From IMG/VR virus record IMGVR_UViG_3300037840_000439: a stretch of DNA of 28,564 bases. One strand, given 5' to 3'. Position 1 is the first letter of the stretch. Each line of letters begins with the position of its first letter. A program made the translations under genes and the position numbers. Positions 1 to 7,795 of the stretch are shown one piece after another. Below the pieces are notes generated by a model. It saw only the letters and a list, made by a program, of their open reading frames with translations, did not search any database and had not been told where the DNA came from. The DNA comes from an uncultured virus (IMG/VR IMGVR_UViG_3300037840_000439). Lineage: Duplodnaviria > Heunggongvirae > Uroviricota > Caudoviricetes.

Positions 1-2
1 AT

Positions 3-131
3 ACTCCCGGCTGGCTTAGAGTCGGCTTGGTGGCAACAGGTATGGTCCTTGGCAGCGGCCTCGTCTACGTCCTCATGCGGAACGAGGTATTGGAGACAAC
101 GACCCACCATTACATACGGCCGGGGAAGTGA
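3..131 (+). CDS. 3' end of a membrane protein with a C-terminal TM helix (partial)
   Basis: Frame 3 reads TPGWLRVGLVATGMVLGSGLVYVLMRNE...PGK*. Its TGA overlaps the start of the next gene, and the TM tail resembles those of downstream genes. Confidence 0.6.
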   Translation, partial: TPGWLRVGLVATGMVLGSGLVYVLMRNEVLETTTHHYIRPGK

Positions 132-358
132 TGGAACGGATCAAGATTGGCGGACGGCCCGTAGCCGGGTTCGGCGTCGGTCTCGACCTCGACGAGATCG
201 CGAATAGGTACGACCCTCTCTACAAATGCCACAACGACAAGATCGTCAAGCTCAAGGTAGTCGGTGCGGTCGTTGCTACCGCGCTGGTGACCGCAGGGAC
301 CATCCTCTACATTTTGCCGCTCATGAAGACTGAGTACGAACTTCGAAAGAGGACGTGA
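128..358 (+). CDS. small membrane protein with N-terminal GRxVxGFxVG motif and C-terminal TM
   Basis: ERIKIGGRPVAGFGVG at the N-terminus; hydrophobic VVGAVVATALVTAGTILYIL; start/stop overlaps on both sides. Confidence 0.75.
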   Translation: MMERIKIGGRPVAGFGVGLDLDEIANRYDPLYKCHNDKIVKLKVVGAVVATALVTAGTILYILPLMKTEYELRKRT

Positions 359-1065
359 TGGAACAGATCAGGTTTGCCGGGCGGCGAGTAGCGGGGTTCG
401 GGGTTGGGGCTTGGTACAGCACCAACCCAATGGAGCAAGTAGAGGCTCTAGTCAAAGACTCCGACATGCGGATGCAGCAACTGACGGACGCATTCAATGC
501 GTTCTCTCCGAAGTGGAGTGCTACCAACACGGCCACGTACAACGATTTCTTGGCTGACTACACCAGCCTTTTGTCACGTTACGCCATCGCGAAGATCCTA
601 GCGCCTGCCGCGACTGGATTCTGGGCAACGCCGACGGATATCGAAAAGGCAACTACCGCACTTACGAAAGCATTCCGAGCCGGCGCTCCTGGTGAACAGA
701 CGAAAGGCGATTGGGCCGATCTGGTTGAACGTCTTCGTCTCGCCCAGAAAGCAACGGGTGTTCCAGAAATGGTTGATCAGCCACCAACTGCACTTAAGAA
801 TGTACAGAACGAAGAAAATGTCGCAGACAATTTCTACAAGGCAACGGCGAAATACGATATCCCCGCGCAACTGACGGGCGAGATGGCGCCACATGCACCT
901 GTCCAGGCAGCTCTTGATGCGGCAGCTGCGGCAGCCAAAGCGGCTGCTGACGCGGGTAAGACGATCACCGACGCAGCCAAATGGTTCGACGACCACAAGA
1001 CCGGCATCGCGATCGGCGCAACCGTTCTAGTTGGCGGCATTCTTTACGCGATCGTCCGACGATGA
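355..1065 (+). CDS. tail-anchored protein with N-terminal GRxVxGFxVG motif (putative virion/membrane protein)
   Basis: EQIRFAGRRVAGFGVG; C-terminal KTGIAIGATVLVGGILYAIVRR; last ~80 aa similar to the C-terminus of 1062-2051. Confidence 0.8.
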   Translation: MMEQIRFAGRRVAGFGVGAWYSTNPMEQVEALVKDSDMRMQQLTDAFNAFSPKWSATNTATYNDFLADYTSLLSRYAIAKILAPAATGFWATPTDIEKATTALTKAFRAGAPGEQTKGDWADLVERLRLAQKATGVPEMVDQPPTALKNVQNEENVADNFYKATAKYDIPAQLTGEMAPHAPVQAALDAAAAAAKAAADAGKTITDAAKWFDDHKTGIAIGATVLVGGILYAIVRR

Positions 1066-2051
1066 TCTCGTTCGGGGGTCAATCCGTAAGGCTTGGCGGC
1101 CGACCTGTCTGCGGCTTCTCTCTCGGTGTCGACGACAGCGACGTCGACTCGCTTGTCGCCGCGAAGCTCGCCGAAGGTGGTTATTCAGACGTCTCGGCAT
1201 ACCAACGAGCGAAGGGTCTCGCGGTCGACGGCGTAGCGGGCCACGACACGCTCACCGCGATGGGCTACGGCTACCTGTACGATCTCGCTGGACAGGGGAA
1301 GCTCAAACCAGGACAGACGCAGCTCGACACAAAGAAGACGCCGCTCACGCCCGAAAAAGCGGCACAGGCGCTTAGCACTGGTTACCAGGCGATTGCAGGC
1401 ACGGCGCCAACACCTGAAATTCTCGCGCTTCTCATCGCACAATCTGCCAGTGAGACCACCAACTGGCGAGACATCTCCAACTACAACTTCGCCGGAATCA
1501 AGGCGTCACCTGGCGACAAATATGTGCAGGCCATGGTGGATGGCAATCGAGGAAATCGTCATGTGTACGCATTTGCGGCGTACAAAACTCCGGCTGAAGG
1601 CGCCGAGAAGTACATCAGTCTGCTCAAGGCGCATGGACGCGAACCATGGTGGGAAGGACTCCAAACCGGCGACCCTGAGACATACGTGAACGCGCTTGTG
1701 TCGATTCCTGGCGCGCACTACTTCGAGGCTCCTACGGAGAAATATCTTGCCAGCGTTCGGGCTGGTGTTGCTCGATTCGCTGACTTGGCGCGGCAGTACG
1801 CAACAAGCAATGCAGCTGACACCTTCTACAAGAAGGCTGCTCCGTACGACGTCGTCGCGCAAGTAACCGGTAAGCAGGCACCCAGTGCACCTGTCAAGGT
1901 TGCCGTCAACGTAGCTAAGACTACGTTCGAAGAAGTGGTCAAGGCTCAAGGGTGGGTCGACAAGAACAAGACGTGGATAGCGGTCGGAGCTACGGTCTTG
2001 ATCGGGAGCGTATTCTACGCGATCGTGCGACCCAGGACCCAGGAGAGCTAG
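1062..2051 (+). CDS. peptidoglycan hydrolase: PG-binding domain + GH73/glucosaminidase-like lysozyme domain + C-terminal TM
   Basis: ATGA-coupled start at 1062; YQRAKGLAVDGVAGHDT (PG_binding_1-like); LIAQSASET..NYNFAGIKA..FAAYKTPAEG (FlgJ/GH73-like); TM tail. Confidence 0.75.
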   Translation: MISFGGQSVRLGGRPVCGFSLGVDDSDVDSLVAAKLAEGGYSDVSAYQRAKGLAVDGVAGHDTLTAMGYGYLYDLAGQGKLKPGQTQLDTKKTPLTPEKAAQALSTGYQAIAGTAPTPEILALLIAQSASETTNWRDISNYNFAGIKASPGDKYVQAMVDGNRGNRHVYAFAAYKTPAEGAEKYISLLKAHGREPWWEGLQTGDPETYVNALVSIPGAHYFEAPTEKYLASVRAGVARFADLARQYATSNAADTFYKKAAPYDVVAQVTGKQAPSAPVKVAVNVAKTTFEEVVKAQGWVDKNKTWIAVGATVLIGSVFYAIVRPRTQES

Positions 2052-3136
2052 TGAACTTCAACGGTCGCCCTGTAGTCGGTTTTGGCCTTGGTGCTATCAC
2101 CAAGCCAACCGGTAGTCCCTCCACGCTCCCTATCCTGGTGGGAGCGGGTGCCGGCGTTGGTGCGGCCGTCATCGCCTACCGCTACCTCGATACTCCACCC
2201 TTGCAGGCTGCCGCGGGGGGCGCTGTGATTGGGTTGGGAACGGCGATCGGAGTTTCGTTGCTCAGTGGCCGCGAAAAATCTTCAACCAAATTTCTTCCAC
2301 CTGCGCGAACAACCACCAAACGAGGCTCTGAGATCATGACAACCCCCGGAAGCTTCACTTCTACCGTTCAGCAAGCCCTAACCAATGCCGGCTTCAACAC
2401 GGGCGGGATCGACAACGACTGGGGCTCCCATACAAGCGCCGCTGTGCGTGCGTTCCAGAACACCAACAACATGGCGTCCACTGGTCTCCCGGAACCCGAG
2501 ATGCTTCATGCGCTCGGTGTCGCGATCCCGGCCTATCCAGGTGCGACAGACATCGCCAGCGCACTTGCAACAGACCTCGCTGGCGTTGTTGATCCGAAAG
2601 ACGCGATCAAGGTTCTGCTGAACGAGTCGGGTATGGACCCGACCGCCATCAACCATGACTCGAAGGGGAACCCTGTTGCTGCTGGCGTCTTCCAGCTCCT
2701 CGTGTCGGCCATACCCGGATTCACGGGCATGTCGCTCGAAGATTGGACAGCGCTATCGGCTGCCCAGCAGATACCGTACGCAGCTAAGTTCTGGCGGGAG
2801 AAGACATCACAGAATGGTGCGCCATTGCCGGTCTCTGCGCGGGACCTCTACTGGCTCAACTACATGCCTGCGGCCTATACTCCTGGTGCACCCGACGACT
2901 ACCAGTTCGTTCGCAGCGACGACACATGGCTCCCGCGAGGCTCGTCAACCTGGAAGCACGCAGCCGGCTTCTATACCCAGAATGCTGGACTCGACCACCC
3001 TCTGACTCCCGGTGGACCACCGAAGGGATTTATTACGGCTGGCGACATGGCACTCGCGGCTGATCGTGGCGCCATGAACAAGCCGGTGACATACGCCGCG
3101 ATTGCTGACGCGCTGTCTTCCCAAGGAGTCGCATGA
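2051..3136 (+). CDS. membrane-anchored lytic transglycosylase-like protein with PG-binding domain
   Basis: GTG at 2051 overlaps the upstream TAG; two N-terminal TM helices; VQQALTNAGF..GIDNDWGSHTSAAVRAFQ (PG-binding); LLNESGMDPTAIN..AAGVFQL (SLT-like ES and GxxQ motifs). Confidence 0.75.
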   Translation: MNFNGRPVVGFGLGAITKPTGSPSTLPILVGAGAGVGAAVIAYRYLDTPPLQAAAGGAVIGLGTAIGVSLLSGREKSSTKFLPPARTTTKRGSEIMTTPGSFTSTVQQALTNAGFNTGGIDNDWGSHTSAAVRAFQNTNNMASTGLPEPEMLHALGVAIPAYPGATDIASALATDLAGVVDPKDAIKVLLNESGMDPTAINHDSKGNPVAAGVFQLLVSAIPGFTGMSLEDWTALSAAQQIPYAAKFWREKTSQNGAPLPVSARDLYWLNYMPAAYTPGAPDDYQFVRSDDTWLPRGSSTWKHAAGFYTQNAGLDHPLTPGGPPKGFITAGDMALAADRGAMNKPVTYAAIADALSSQGVA

Positions 3137-3354
3137 ACCCCACCATCGACATCGACAGCACCCCTTACGAGGTCTTGCAAACGTTCGGTTTCAACCGTTG
3201 CCTGATCCGCTACGACGGCGGTACGTGCGTGCTCGCCGACCGCGGACCCATCACAGGAGCTTGGGCCCTGTCCGCGATCCCGGCGACCCCCGAAGAAAAC
3301 AAGGTCATTCAGGCGTTCATGCCTACGGACGAGGTCGACACGATACCGGAGTAG
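3133..3354 (+). CDS. hypothetical protein
   Basis: ATGA overlap with the upstream gene; AAGGAG RBS. Confidence 0.65.
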   Translation: MNPTIDIDSTPYEVLQTFGFNRCLIRYDGGTCVLADRGPITGAWALSAIPATPEENKVIQAFMPTDEVDTIPE

Positions 3355-3355
3355 T

Positions 3356-3733
3356 TCAGAACCGTCGTCGCGACATCCGTTGCCGAACCAACGTTGGTGG
3401 CGGTCTAAGTTCTCTCACAAGTGCCGGAATGTCTTGTGTAGCGACTTCCCACACCACATCAAGATCTACCTCCCAGTACTGGTGAACCACGATGTTTCTC
3501 ATGCCGATAATCTGACGCCACGGAATTGATGTATGTGCTGTACGAAATACAGGAGACAGCTTGGACGCAGCCTCTCCAACAATTCCAACTTGACGAATAA
3601 CTCCATCTCGTAGGAGTGCGCTCTGTGTTCCATTAGCAAGAAAATCGTCTTCGGTTACATCATAGATGTAATCTCTAATGCTGGCGGCAGCGGTCAGAAT
3701 ATCACCAACAAAAGCCTCATCTGTTCGCTTCAT
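3356..3733 (-). CDS. hepT: HEPN (DUF86/HepT-like) ribonuclease toxin
   Basis: IPWRQIIGMRNIVVHQYWEVDLDVVWEV contains Rx4HxY; coupled to the MNT gene. Confidence 0.9.
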   Translation of the reverse strand: MKRTDEAFVGDILTAAASIRDYIYDVTEDDFLANGTQSALLRDGVIRQVGIVGEAASKLSPVFRTAHTSIPWRQIIGMRNIVVHQYWEVDLDVVWEVATQDIPALVRELRPPPTLVRQRMSRRRF

Positions 3734-4257
3734 ATCAGTACCCCCGCCAAACTGGCACGCCCATTCTCGTAGACCACACGTTCATCCTCAAAAATCGACT
3801 TCCTCCGATGCTCGTTCTTGCTGTTTTCGATCAAGGAGCGCTTGATGAAGTCGACGCGTCGACCAAACAAGTCCGCCATTGCGTCGTTTGCCGCCGTAAG
3901 GCTGCTCAGCGTGCCGAGATGACCCGTCTCGGGTTCGTACAGGATGTCGACATCGCTGGCCGGTCCGAAGTCGTCACGCACGACGGACCCAAATAGCGAT
4001 AGCCGCTTGATGTGATGCTTCTTGCAGATGCGCGCAAGGCGGCGCGGATCTACATGTGGTTTTGACGTAGGGCTATCTGTCTTTGCAAGTCCGGACGGCG
4101 ACAAAAGCGCCACAACACGACCGTTGCGAAGTACCTCGATCGGACCATCCGTACTTAGGTTCCGCAAAACGTCGAACAGTTCACGACGTAGCGAGCTTGC
4201 ATCTACCTGCGGCAGCGACCGAGAGACCGATGAGACCGATTGTGAAACCGTGCGCAT
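3730..4257 (-). CDS. mntA: minimal nucleotidyltransferase antitoxin (MntA-like) with N-terminal Phd/YefM-like domain
   Basis: LFGSVVRDDFGPASDVDIL (GSx10DxD); N-terminal ASSLRRELFDVLRNLSTDGPIEVLRNGRVVALLSP is Phd-like. Confidence 0.85.
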   Translation of the reverse strand: MRTVSQSVSSVSRSLPQVDASSLRRELFDVLRNLSTDGPIEVLRNGRVVALLSPSGLAKTDSPTSKPHVDPRRLARICKKHHIKRLSLFGSVVRDDFGPASDVDILYEPETGHLGTLSSLTAANDAMADLFGRRVDFIKRSLIENSKNEHRRKSIFEDERVVYENGRASLAGVLI

Positions 4258-4264
4258 TTACCAA

Positions 4265-4312
4265 AGTGTACATCGGAGGGGACGGATGTGCAAGCCATGA
4301 TGTACATCATGG
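4265..4312 (-). promoter_or_regulatory. sigma70-like promoter and palindromic operator of the TA operon
   Basis: Minus strand TTGCAC-N17-TACACT, then 7 nt, then ATG; perfect palindrome CCATGATGTACATCATGG at 4295-4312; second TGTACA at 4267-4272. Confidence 0.7.
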
Positions 4313-4315
4313 GGC

Positions 4316-4690
4316 TTAAAACGTAGTCGTCAGCGTGTCGAGCCTGGGGCTCGATGGCCACTGAAGTCTCCGCACCGCCCGATCCACGCACGCCGCGACT
4401 CTAGCGTCCGAAGACTCGACCGTCACACCGACCGCTCGTCCGTGCTTCACGGCTACCTTGATCGTCACGCTGACGTCGTCCGGAACGTTGCACCCCGACA
4501 GCACGTTGTTCATCGGCGCCGAAAGCTGGTTGTTGGTGAGGTCAGCGCCACTGGTTGTCTCGCCGTACTCGTTCACGCGCTCCAAGCTGGTTGCGTCCGC
4601 AACAGCGTCGACGGCGTCTTCGTAGCTCGTTGCGCCAAGCGCGAAACCTGGCACACGGCGACCTCCTCGAGAGATCGTTTCGGTTTTCAT
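4316..4690 (-). CDS. protein with GRxVxGFxLG leader fused to a myxobacterial AgmX/PglI-C (TonB-C-like) domain
   Basis: MKTETISRGGRRVPGFALG; GCNVPDDVSVTIKVAVKHGRAVGVTV..ACVDRAVRRLQWP resembles C-terminal domains I recall from Polyangiaceae. Confidence 0.6.
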   Translation of the reverse strand: MKTETISRGGRRVPGFALGATSYEDAVDAVADATSLERVNEYGETTSGADLTNNQLSAPMNNVLSGCNVPDDVSVTIKVAVKHGRAVGVTVESSDARVAACVDRAVRRLQWPSSPRLDTLTTTF

Positions 4691-4887
4691 TTGGCCAGCT
4701 CCTTGGGTGTACTCGCCGCCCCGCCCACGAAGGCACCGATCACAGCGCCCGCTGCCCCACCAAGGACCATGGCGTCCTCGACATTGACATCGTAGCGAAG
4801 TCGGACCGCATACTTGGCGGCAGCCGCCCCCACGACACCACCTGCGATTGCGCCGAAGGCGCTCCAGAAGCCGGCTTTGTTGTTCAT
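4687..4887 (-). CDS. small two-TM glycine-zipper membrane protein
   Basis: FGAIAGGVVGAAAA and LGGAAGAVIGAFVGGA; ATGA-coupled to the next gene. Confidence 0.7.
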   Translation of the reverse strand: MNNKAGFWSAFGAIAGGVVGAAAAKYAVRLRYDVNVEDAMVLGGAAGAVIGAFVGGAASTPKELAK

Positions 4888-5011
4888 GTCAAGAGCCTAC
4901 GACAAATCAAGCCTGTCGCCCATTGTTCGCGGTGCAACCTTGGCTGACGGCGGATCTACTTGGCCGAAGGCCCAGCGAGCAGCTCAGTTACGAACCATGG
5001 ATTTCAAGGCT

Positions 5012-5212
5012 TCACCGAACCAAGAGACGACGCCGAACCGCATCGGCTGCCCAGCTCAAGGCGCTTCCTACGACCACCCCAGCGGTTCCGGCAACGCTTC
5101 CCCCGATGACCGCACCTACCCCGATCAGCGCAACCGTTGCTGGACCGGGTCGAGCCGGACCGGTCGTGGGAGGGTTCACCCGGTCGTGTCCGTCGTGAGG
5201 GATGTGTCTCAT
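5012..5212 (-). CDS. small glycine-zipper membrane protein
   Basis: VALIGVGAVIGGSVAGTAGVVVGSALSW followed by a basic tail. Confidence 0.55.
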   Translation of the reverse strand: MRHIPHDGHDRVNPPTTGPARPGPATVALIGVGAVIGGSVAGTAGVVVGSALSWAADAVRRRLLVR

Positions 5213-5249
5213 GCTCTACGGAGCTTAGCAGCTCACCGAAGCCGAAGCC

Positions 5250-5642
5250 TTAGCTCAGCTCAGCCTCGGTCTTGTGCAGGTACGTCCCGATCGCACAAGA
5301 AGCTATGGCACCCTCCTCTGGCATCTCAATGACGAGCCAAAAGGCCAGTGCGTCCATCGGCATCTGAAGCTTCTTCTGTGCCGACTCGCGGGCAAGAGGA
5401 TGGGCGGCTCGCTGCATCTCATTCCAACGCACGAACGCCGTTTCGACGTACACGCTACGTGGAGCTGCGGCAAAGCCATCTTCGTTCCCCTCCCGGTGAC
5501 CAACAAGAACAATATCAGCGGTCTGAAACTGCTCTCGCGCCTCCAAGTACGCCCCCAGCAGTTGGCGAGGAGCGATCGACTCAACGATTTTCTTCATGCT
5601 ATCGCTGGTCCCGGGGGCAACTATGAGTTCGGCCTTATTCAT
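5250..5642 (-). CDS. hypothetical protein
   Basis: ATGA-like coupling to the upstream ORF; globular composition. Confidence 0.6.
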   Translation of the reverse strand: MNKAELIVAPGTSDSMKKIVESIAPRQLLGAYLEAREQFQTADIVLVGHREGNEDGFAAAPRSVYVETAFVRWNEMQRAAHPLARESAQKKLQMPMDALAFWLVIEMPEEGAIASCAIGTYLHKTEAELS

Positions 5643-5935
5643 TTGGAATGGTCTCCTAGCTTGCACAACACTGCGCGTCCAGCCTCGTCCAGCGCACTCA
5701 CGTTCTCTTCCTCACTTCCCCGGGCGATCTCCTCAAGCATAGCGTCGGCATTACGGGAGCAAAGCTCCTCTAAGGCGCGAACGAACTTCTCTTGTGAGCG
5801 TTGAGAACGGAAGTGGACCGCCGAGATACTGCCGCCGCAATCTTCACCATCACGGACGATGCTGTACTCGACGTCCACTATGTAGCCTCGCTTCCCCGCG
5901 CGCACTCGCGCATCGAATCGGTTACTACGCTTCAT
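5639..5935 (-). CDS. hypothetical protein
   Basis: ORF within the minus-strand gene run; likely start MKRSNRF. Confidence 0.55.
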   Translation of the reverse strand: MKRSNRFDARVRAGKRGYIVDVEYSIVRDGEDCGGSISAVHFRSQRSQEKFVRALEELCSRNADAMLEEIARGSEEENVSALDEAGRAVLCKLGDHSK

Positions 5936-6215
5936 GACGACGACCTTCTGATTTCGGTGCGCGGAACACATTGACCTCGTAGTCTTCGCACTGCACGTCC
6001 ATGGGCATACCCGCGGTGTCAGGAACGCGCGGCTCGGTACACTCCATCTGCCGCCATGGAAGCCAACGATACTCGAACTGTCGTTCCCAGTGGCCTCCGA
6101 GCTTACGACGTGCGAAGCGAAAACACGTTAGGGCGTCCAAGAACCAGATCCACCTGTAACCGTTTCATTAGGCATCGCTACGTCTCCTTTCTCTATTCGT
6201 GATTGGCGCACATCA

Positions 6216-6386
6216 CTACCTCGGTACCTTCGTCTTGACGCTCACCTCGCCGTCCAACCCGTGGAAGTCGATGTTGTAATAGATGCGTGTCGGCGAACCG
6301 ATCTCGACGGCCCCGCAGTTCGCACAGAGACGGCGTCTGCGCGTGCCGCTGTACCTCGGCTTCGAGCAGCAGTCCTTCACGCACAC
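6216..6386 (-). CDS. small Cys-rich hypothetical protein
   Basis: My translation: MCVKDCCSKPRYSGTRRRRLCANCGAVEIG...KVPR*; GTG follows the TAG-TC junction. Confidence 0.5.
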   Translation of the reverse strand: MCVKDCCSKPRYSGTRRRRLCANCGAVEIGSPTRIYYNIDFHGLDGEVSVKTKVPR

Positions 6387-6388
6387 GA

Positions 6389-6598
6389 CTACTCCCCGGA
6401 TCCTTCGGCTGGCATCGACGTCCCATCACGTCTCAGTCGGTCCCGCTCCTCCCCGACGTCTCCCAACATCCGAAGAAGCTGGTCTAGTGCCGCCTCTGCC
6501 AGCGCCCCGTCATAATCGCGCTTCAGACCCTTTCGGATTCGGCGCGCGAGTGCGAGCGAAGCTCCACGCCACATCGGCAAATTCACAACTTCACCCAT
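6389..6598 (-). CDS. hypothetical protein ending EGSGE
   Basis: MGEVVNLP start; bounded by junction repeats. Confidence 0.55.
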   Translation of the reverse strand: MGEVVNLPMWRGASLALARRIRKGLKRDYDGALAEAALDQLLRMLGDVGEERDRLRRDGTSMPAEGSGE

Positions 6599-6629
6599 CC
6601 GCTTCGACCCTTCCTGATTAGCGCGCACG

Positions 6630-6821
6630 TTATTCTGCCTCCACCGACGACATCAGCGCACGAGGATCGCCATCCTCCCTCAGCGCCTTCTCGTGCGTAC
6701 GGATCTGGTAGCCGCACACCGAGCACCATCGCTGCCCGTACTGCTCGCGTGCCTTCTCACGAAACGCGACGCCTCGTAGCTGAATGCACTTCCGAACCTT
6801 CTCGGGTCCATGACCGCTCAT
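6630..6821 (-). CDS. small CxxC hypothetical protein
   Basis: WCSVCGY; bounded by junction repeats. Confidence 0.55.
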   Translation of the reverse strand: MSGHGPEKVRKCIQLRGVAFREKAREQYGQRWCSVCGYQIRTHEKALREDGDPRALMSSVEAE

Positions 6822-6863
6822 CGCCTTCGTCCTTTCCTGTCCAGCGCGCACGATTGTCATCGG

Positions 6864-7055
6864 CTATTCGCCGGACCCTTCCGATCTGAAGTGCTCCTTG
6901 GCGCACCGCGGGCACATCGGTGTCCCACAGTCGAGGCACCGGATCATCGTGTCGTGATCGACGGCGGGGTCTCTCCCATACCTCTCCGTACGCAGGGGCG
7001 CGCCGCACCCGACCGTAGGCCCCGCCCATCCTCCGCACGTCATCGGCTCACTCAT
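6864..7055 (-). CDS. small Zn-finger-like protein ending EGSGE
   Basis: CLDC..CPRCAKEH; bounded by junction repeats. Confidence 0.6.
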   Translation of the reverse strand: MSEPMTCGGWAGPTVGCGAPLRTERYGRDPAVDHDTMIRCLDCGTPMCPRCAKEHFRSEGSGE

Positions 7056-7103
7056 CGGTCATCCCCTCGTGATTGGCGCGCATGTTGGGTCCGTTCTCCG
7101 CGC

Positions 7104-7457
7104 TCACTCGTCGGCACCCGTCGCTACCTGTCCGATGCGGTGGCCGCACGCGCCGTACCGGCAACGACCGATCACCTTGCTAGGTTCAATGGGCTTGTCG
7201 CACGTCGGGCACCGACCAGCGGCTAGGCGAGCAAGAAGCGCCTCGACTCTCGCCTCCTGCTCCTTGAGCTGTTCTTCGGTGAACGGTTCGTACTTGGAAC
7301 ACGAGCCTCCGTCGCCGACGCACACGAAGCTGCCTCGCTTACCGGCGCCGACGCTCTCGTACAGAACGCCAGCCTTGCACTCCGTGTGCGTCACGAAACC
7401 ATTCGGGCCAGGTTTCATCAGGCCGTTGTAGTGCTGGCACCATCCACGACGGCTCAC
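7104..7457 (-). CDS. Cys-rich hypothetical protein
   Basis: GTG start after GGAGAGG; CPTC..CRYGACGH; flanked by identical 19-bp direct repeats. Confidence 0.6.
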   Translation of the reverse strand: MSRRGWCQHYNGLMKPGPNGFVTHTECKAGVLYESVGAGKRGSFVCVGDGGSCSKYEPFTEEQLKEQEARVEALLARLAAGRCPTCDKPIEPSKVIGRCRYGACGHRIGQVATGADE

Positions 7458-7491
7458 GACGCTTCGTTCCTCTCCTCGTGATTGGCGCGCA

Positions 7492-7767
7492 TCACTGCGC
7501 CTCGAATCCTTCGACCAACAACCACCCATGCTCACGCAGAATCCGGTCAGCACCGTCACGATCTGATGTGCGAACCGGAACACGCCATGGCGCTGTGGGG
7601 TACCTCGGCGTCACCCAGAGCGTGGTAGCCACAACCTTCCCGTCCGGATGACGTCGGGATTCCATCTCGCCGCTCTCACCAGGTTCCCACGGACCGGCAA
7701 CCTTCGGCGGCGACCGGAGCGCGGCCCATACCTCCGACGGCGTAAACGCCTTCCAGTCTACGGGCAC
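7492..7767 (-). CDS. hypothetical protein
   Basis: GGAGG RBS before GTG at 7767. Confidence 0.55.
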   Translation of the reverse strand: MPVDWKAFTPSEVWAALRSPPKVAGPWEPGESGEMESRRHPDGKVVATTLWVTPRYPTAPWRVPVRTSDRDGADRILREHGWLLVEGFEAQ

Positions 7768-7795
7768 GGCGTCCTCCGTTGCTTCGCGCGCACGA

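Noticed and set aside
981..1061. Upstream extensions of ORFs 981-2051 and 1952-3136
   Set aside because: They overlap the previous genes. Coupled starts at 1062 and 2051 place the shared motif at the N-terminus.
5925..6175. Gene downstream of the AAAGGAG RBS near 6185
   Set aside because: Both nearby ATGs open only very short frames. The protein-like frame 5925-6140 has no good start and may be frameshifted, so it was not called.
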